Origin: an uncultured delta proteobacterium | GTDB taxonomy: Bacteria; Desulfobacterota; RBG-13-43-22 | Reading direction: 5' to 3' | Assembly (NCBI GenBank): GCA_963802945.1 | Contig: CAWDKY010000011.1 | Span: forward strand, 1-24,288 | Length of the DNA: 24,288 nucleotides | In this document: piece by piece, positions 18,480 through 24,288 of the stretch | Numbering within the stretch: position 1 is the first letter of the stretch | How the letters are laid out: every line of letters begins with the position of its first letter | Position numbers and translations under genes: made by a program | Notes under the pieces: model-generated | The model's input: only the letters and a program-made list of their open reading frames with translations | What the model was told of the DNA's origin: nothing | Database searches by the model: none

Positions 18480-18700
18480 GCTTATCCTTGATAATTCATA
18501 AAAGTCCCAGAAATAATCATTTGTTTGGGGCTGCTACGGACTTCTTCTGATGCTCTTTAAATTGAATCACTTCACCATTTATTAATTATTAAGCTGTGCT
18601 TCACAATCCTTCAATTCAAGAATCTGTCCTTTGAATCCAAGTCGGTTTTTTCAAAATAATTGCCGACTACTTGCACATCATGAAAAGAACAATCACTATC

Positions 18701-21700
18701 CTAGGCTTCTTTAGGCCTTGTATAAGCAATGGCTTGAAATTTTCCCTTCCCCCGAGTGAATCCATCTTTATAAAGATATGGGGTGCCCGGATGATCTGGG
18801 GTTGGACAAGGCCACTGTATCCCCGCCCGGTTGATACGTTGGTAAGTGATTCCGGCATAAGAAGGGGTCAAAGTTCGCATTTCTTCAAAAATGGCCTCCG
18901 GATTTTCATAGCGCATAGGCAAACCCATTCGAATGGCAAATTCGCTGATGATCCACCAATCCGGCTTGGCTTCTTCCGGCGGTGGAACCGCTTGTCGGAC
19001 CCGTTGAACCCGCCGTTCAGTATTGGTGAAGGTCCCCTCTTTCTCAGCAAAAGCAGCCCCTGGTAAAACCACGTCGGCTAGCTTTGTGGTTTCGGTCAAA
19101 AAGAGATCTTGAACGACCAAGAAATCAACATCCTTGAGGGCCTGGGTCAACTCTTCGTTACCCGGTCCGGAAAGGCCAAGACTTTCTCCCAAGAGATAAA
19201 GTCCTCGGATCTCCTTGTTCTTCGCCTTCTCGAGGATTTCCTTTGAATGAAGCCCGGGCTTCGTGGAGAGTCCCGACACCCCCCAGGCATTTTCCATCTT
19301 AGCTATGGTCTCTGGATCACTCACACCCTGATAACCGGGAAAAACGTCCGGCAAGGCCCCCATATCACAAACTCCCTGAAGGTTGTTGCGATCCCTTAAG
19401 GGATTAATCCCGGCCCCTGGAACCCCGATATTTCCGCAGAGCATGAGCCAGATTGGCCAGGGCCTTGACATTATCGGTCCCCTGCCCGTTCCGGGTAATG
19501 CCTAAGGCATAATAGATCGCTGCCCGGTCGCTGGCATATATACGGGCCGCCCAGAACAGGTCATCCTCCGGGATCCCGGTGATACGGGAAACATAAGAAG
19601 GGGTGAAATCGGAAACAGACGCTTTCAATTCTTCAAACCCTTCGGTTCGTTCCTGGACATAATTTTTATCGTCAAGGCCTTCTTCAATGATGATATGGAT
19701 CAGACCATTGATCCAAACCAAATCGGTTCCTGGTTTGGGGCTTAACCAAAGGGAGGCCATTTCCGTCAATTCAATCTTGTCCGGATCAACGACTATAAGC
19801 TTGGCCCCCTGATGAAGAACGGCCCGTTTGATTGCCGCGCCGATGACTGGATTCTTTTCCTTGGTATCGGCACCTGTGACCAAAATAACTTTGGATTGTT
19901 CGATTTCAGCTATGGAATTGGTCATGGCCCCGCTTCCAAAGGCCGCCTCCAGACCGTCTAAGTTGCCGTCATACAAAAGCCGGCTTTGATGATCAATATT
20001 GTTGGTTTTAAAAACCCCCCTAACCAATTTCTGCATCAGATAATTTTCTTCATTGGTGGCCCGGGCTGAAGCAAGACCGGCCAAGGCATTGGGTCCATAC
20101 TGATCCCTAATTTCTAAAAACCGTTTGGCCACCAGGTTCAGGGCCTCATCCCATGAGGCTTGACGAAAATGATCTCCTTCCTTAATGAGGGGGTGTTTCA
20201 ACCGGTCCGGATGGTTGATAAACTCGAAACCGAAACGCCCGTTAACGCACAGGTGGCCGTAATTGGGAGGCGTATTATCCACTCCGGTAACCCGGACTAT
20301 CCTGCCGTCGACCTTTTCCAGATAAAGCTGGCACCCTACGCCGCAATAGGTACAGGTGGTTTTGGTCCTGGTCAGCTTCCAGGGCCCAGGGAGCCCGATC
20401 GTCTTTTCCGTAAGGGCCCCGGTGGGGCAGTTGTTCAAACAGAGCCCGCAGGAGACACAGCGGTCATTGATGAAAGGAGTAAAAGCCGGAGGTCCTCCTT
20501 CTTTTTGAACTTCCTGCAGTTCAAAGGCCTGTTGAATCTGGTACTCCGAACAGCCATGAACGCATCTTCGGCAGGTGATACATTTATTGGGGTCAACTAA
20601 AATGTGATCATGTCCTAATTGAAGGGGATATCTTCTTTTGGTCCAGGTCGGGAGGTTGTCAATATCCACCTTATAGGTGTCGGCATAAGACCTCAAGCGG
20701 CAGTCCAGGACATCCAGACAGCCGCAGGAAAGGCAGCGGGCGGCCTCTTCTAAGGCTTCCGCTTTTTTTATGGTCGACTCCACTTCCTTGAAGTTGCGCT
20801 CCCGTTCAGGCAAGGTCATCTGGGGCAGTTGGACCCGCGGTTTTTGGGGAACATCTTCAAAAATTACCGGATCCACCTGGGGCAATTTCTTCCCCTTGCT
20901 GATATTGAACTCCTTTTTAACCGCTTGAACAGCCCCTCGGGTCAGATACTGATGTATGGAATTGGCCGCTATCCGTCCGTCGGCAATGGCTCTAATCACC
21001 GTTTGCGGGCCTCGCAAGAGATCTCCACCAATGAAAAGGTCCGGAATGGAGGTTTGAAGGGTCTCTGGATCGGCATCCGGGGTCTTCCATTTGGAAAGTA
21101 CCAGGTCCTTCAGATCAGGATCCTTCTCCAGAAAAGTCAGGTCGGAAAATTGGCCGATGGAAATGACCGCCAGATCCGCTTCATAGATCGTCTCAGAACC
21201 GGGGATGGGAACAGGTCTGGCCCGCCCTCCGGCATCCGGTTCTTTGAGTTCATTGCGGATGAATTCCATGGCTTTGAAACGGCCGTTCTCAGAAATAATC
21301 CTGGTCGGGGAAACCAGCAGTTCCAGCTTGACCCCTTCGGCCTCAGTGGCATCCACTTCCTCATGATGGGCCGTCATTTCTTTACGGGAGCGCCGATAAA
21401 GCATGGTCACCTGTTCGGTCCCAAGACGCAGGCAGGTCCTGGCCGCATCCATCCCTGTATTTCCGTCCCCGATGATGATGACTTTTTTCCCTGGGTCAAC
21501 CGGATTGCCCTTGGTTGTTCGAATCAACAGGTCCAGGGCATGGACCACCCCCGGCAGATCCTCGCCTTCCAAGGCCCAACCGTTGCGATCTCCAGGTACC
21601 AACGGCCAGAAAAATGGCCTTGAATCCTTCGGCACGAAGACTGGCCATGGTCACGTCCTTCCCGAAGAATTGGTTCGGTCTGACTTCCACCCCCAGATCA

Positions 21701-22462
21701 ATAATTCCTTGGATCTCCTGGTCTACGATCTTTTTAGGCAGACGGTATTCCGGAATGGCATAACGAAGCATGCCACCCAATTGGGGTTGGGCATCAAAAA
21801 TGGTTACCTGATGACCTCTTTGACGCAGATAGTAGGCAGCAGAAAGGCCTCCGGGACCTCCTCCAACAATAGCCACCTTATGACCGCTGTCCGGGGGAAT
21901 CATCGGTTTATAGTTGATCCCTTGAAGAAGATCGTAGTCGGCCACATATCGTTTCAAGGGGTTGATGGCTATCGGTTGATCGACCCGGTTTCTCCGGCAG
22001 GCATCCTCACAAAAATGCGGGCAGACCCGGCCGATACTTAAAGGCAGGGGATTTCTTTCCTTGATCAACTTCAGGGCTTCCTGAAATTCTCCCCGGCTGA
22101 TATGGGCCACATAGCCTTGAATATCTATCCCAGCCGGGCAGGCCAGGTGACAGGGGGCCAGACAATCACCATAGTGATTTTCAAGAAGAAGTTCTAGAAT
22201 ACCTCGTCGGGCCTCTAGAACCTCCGGAGAATCGGTCTGAACGACCATCCCCTCTTTGACTTGGGCGGCACAGGAAGCAACCAGTTTTTCTTCCCCTTGC
22301 ACTTGAACCACAGCAGATCCGGCAGGCTTCTTCTGGTTTTAACAGGGGATGATGACATAGCGTTGGGATGAAAATCCCTTCCTGAATGGCGGCTTGTAAA
22401 ATGGTATTATTGGATTCCGTTTGAACGGATCGGTTATTAATAGTTAGGGACACTTTCGACAT
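18701..22462 (-). CDS. Fusion oxidoreductase: [2Fe-2S] + GltD/SfrB-like FAD/NAD(P)H module + [4Fe-4S] + degenerate FdhA-like domain (3 apparent +1 frameshifts)
   Basis: IPTLCHH..CRIC..LVASC; CLAPCHLACP..GRVCPHFCE; VGGGPGGL; IGDGNTGMD; EAARCLSCGC; CITCRRCVHGC; CVSCGLCLNNCP; TTCTYCGVGC; FGSGAMTNS; FAEKEGTFTNTERRVQ. About 1252 aa once joined. Confidence 0.88.
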
Positions 22463-22535
22463 TGCTTGCTCCTTACGATGAATAAAATATTGACTTTATC
22501 TGTTTCAGAAAAAATCAGGGTGGAATTACCGATTT

Positions 22536-22564
22536 CTTATAGTATGAAAAAACAGTGGAGTCAA
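22536..22564 (-). promoter_or_regulatory. Putative sigma70 promoter of the oxidoreductase
   Basis: Minus strand TTGACT-N17-TATAAG. Confidence 0.5.
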
Positions 22565-22694
22565 TGGCTTTTGATATTTTCAACAAGAAAAACACAAACT
22601 TTTTCTTTTGTCAAATAAGACCTGCTCCTTTTAGAAAAATTTTCAATTCCCCCCGGGACAGATAGAAAAAATAATTCCATGTCATAAAAATGAT

Positions 22695-22722
22695 TTGACT
22701 TTTTATTATTTTTTGTTATAAT
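22695..22722 (+). promoter_or_regulatory. sigma70 promoter upstream of rpsU
   Basis: TTGACT-N16-TATAAT with extended -10 TGn. Confidence 0.75.
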
Positions 22723-22962
22723 ACTATTTTAAAATTTTTTTTAAAATCTCAAGAAGTTAGCTACTTCCCGGACAGGAAGGAGCCTTCAAACCGCAACTCC
22801 CTGGTGAAGGGAATGGCCCAGGAAGGGGATTTTAATAAGTCATTAATTATGCTTGTCGCTTCCGTCCGTCTTGGTTGGACTTCCTAAAAAGGAGGGCGGG
22901 GAGCGCCGGTAATATAAAGTTTAGCAATTTAAATATTCCCATTAGAAAGGGGTGTTAAAAAA

Positions 22963-23158
22963 ATGTCCATCAATGTGTTTGTCAAAGACAACAACATTGA
23001 GGCGGGCATAAAGCTGTTACGGAAAAAAATGCAGATGGATGGCCTGAAGAAAGAGCTCAAACAGCGCGGAGTTCTATGAAAAGCCAAGCGTTAAGAAAAA
23101 ACGAAAACAGCGGGAAGCCGCCCGCCGAAAAAGAAAGGCCAATCTATATAATAGATGA
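22963..23158 (+). CDS. rpsU: 30S ribosomal protein bS21 (one apparent +1 frameshift at ~23068; absent from ORF track)
   Basis: MSINVFVKDNNIEAGIKLLRKKMQMDGLKKELKQR, then after removing one G, EFYEKPSVKKKRKQREAARRKRK. RBS AAGGGGTG. Confidence 0.92.
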
Positions 23159-23307
23159 TTGAGTCTTTAGATCTTCAGGTTATATCCATGAGTTCTTTTA
23201 AAGCCGGAAACCTGTCTTCCTTAAGATATCTTCTATTAATGAGAACATCCAGGTAAACGGCATTAAAAAACCTTCCTAACTAACCTGACCTCCACGGCAT
23301 TTAACCT

Positions 23308-24279
23308 TTGAATAAAACTGATATCGTCTGTCTTCCCGAACGGTTCCATTGGCTGGTCCCAGAAGATTTGACCGGAACCGTTCGAGCGGACACCTTTATT
23401 AAACAGAACCTGCCCGTTTTTTCGCGCCGGATCAGAGAAGACCTTTTTTCCAGACATTTCGTACGGGTCAACGGGCGACCGGTCTCCAAAGGATTTAGGG
23501 CTAGACCTGGAGACCGTCTGGAAATTGATATCCCCGGACCTATAAGCCCTTTCCCGATTCCCGAACAGGTCCCCAAACCATCTGTCGCTTTTGAAGATCA
23601 GGCCCTTCTGATCATTGAAAAACCAGGATTGACGCCGACTCATCCTCTCGGTCCGTTCGAAACAGGGACCCTGGCCAATGCCCTGGTTTCATTCTGGCCT
23701 CAAATCTCTGGAATCGGCAATAAACCCCTGGAACCCGGCTTGGTTCACCGCCTTGATAACGGGACCTCCGGCCTGCTGGTCGTTGCCCTAAAACAGGATA
23801 CCTGGCGTCAGATGAAAAAAGACCTGTCCTCTAAACGATGGGAAAAGACCTATTGGGCCCTGGTTGAAGGAACCATCCGAAAGCCAATGAGGATTTCTCT
23901 TCCCCTGGCCCATGATCCGTCAGACGATCGTAAAATGAAAGGGATCCTCTTCCCGGGCGACACCCATCGCGGCCGGATTTATCAAGCCGTCACCCAGATC
24001 AGTCCGATAAAAAATTACCAAGATCATACGCTGCTTGAAATCCAACTGGTTACCGGAGTCACCCATCAAATTCGTGCCCACCTGTCTTTTCAAGGTCATC
24101 CTGTGGTTGGTGATATACTTTATGGATCAACGTCCGGAAAAAAATTAGGTCTTCCCTCAAACCGCTTTTTCCTTCACGCCAAACGAATTTCCCTGCCTCA
24201 TCCCATTACCAGGGAGCGGATTACCCGTATCGTTGAATTGTCAGAAGATCTTCAAAAGGTATTATCTGAATTGCGCTGA
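23308..24279 (+). CDS. RluA/RluD-family pseudouridine synthase with S4-like N-terminus
   Basis: VRVNGR (S4-like), EKPGL, catalytic VHRLDNGTSGL, KTYWALVEG, TGVTHQIRAH, GDILYG, FLHA. Confidence 0.92.
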   Translation: MNKTDIVCLPERFHWLVPEDLTGTVRADTFIKQNLPVFSRRIREDLFSRHFVRVNGRPVSKGFRARPGDRLEIDIPGPISPFPIPEQVPKPSVAFEDQALLIIEKPGLTPTHPLGPFETGTLANALVSFWPQISGIGNKPLEPGLVHRLDNGTSGLLVVALKQDTWRQMKKDLSSKRWEKTYWALVEGTIRKPMRISLPLAHDPSDDRKMKGILFPGDTHRGRIYQAVTQISPIKNYQDHTLLEIQLVTGVTHQIRAHLSFQGHPVVGDILYGSTSGKKLGLPSNRFFLHAKRISLPHPITRERITRIVELSEDLQKVLSELR

Positions 24280-24288
24280 ATCCTTTGG

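Noticed and set aside
19960-20000. Selenocysteine (TGA) readthrough in the FDH-like gene
   Set aside because: The ligand-position codon is TTG followed by TAT in an open frame; there is no in-frame TGA-His and no evident SECIS.
20160-22041. Long plus-strand ORFs (146, 264 and 212 aa) opposite the oxidoreductase, and similar antisense ORFs elsewhere
   Set aside because: They lie wholly antisense to well-supported genes and show no recognisable motifs.
3907-24279. Concentration of RNA-modification and ribosome genes (miaA, truA, rnc, era, mnmG, RluA-family) as a dedicated system
   Set aside because: They are ordinary core genes in separate, differently oriented transcription units.

Overview
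The window has two compositionally different parts joined at about 2811-2815. The left part (1-~2815) is visibly GC-rich. It holds the right end of an ISNCY/IS1202-like element, a SEC-C motif protein and a 5'-truncated OPT-family oligopeptide transporter. The right part (~2815-24288) is lower in GC and looks like Deltaproteobacteria/Desulfobacterota core genome. It carries an amidohydrolase 3' fragment, tRNA-Val(GAC), a pgsA-like gene, miaA, mutL, an unannotated 51-aa protein, truA, rpsI, rplM, rnc, era, a second amidohydrolase, 6-hydroxycyclohex-1-ene-1-carbonyl-CoA dehydrogenase (benzoyl-CoA pathway), rlpA, ihfA, mnmG, an Lpp/OprI-like lipoprotein beside an L,D-transpeptidase, a large GltD/FdhA-like fusion, rpsU and an RluA-family synthase. 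Both genes at the junction lack their 5' ends, so it is most likely a chimera or misassembly. About ten frameshifts, nearly all single-base insertions, look like sequencing error. The most interesting signals are: (i) a ~1250-aa FAD/NAD(P)H-FeS-FdhA fusion lacking the Mo/W-ligand Cys/Sec, the adjacent His and the C-terminal molybdopterin-binding domain; (ii) a Pro-linker-extended Lpp-like tether with a C-terminal Lys next to its likely transpeptidase; (iii) oriented 7/8-mer intergenic repeat arrays; (iv) a stand-alone Ros/MucR-N-terminus-like microprotein downstream of a candidate sRNA; (v) a GGA-rich structured rpsU leader. All calls come from reading the sequence; no searches were run.
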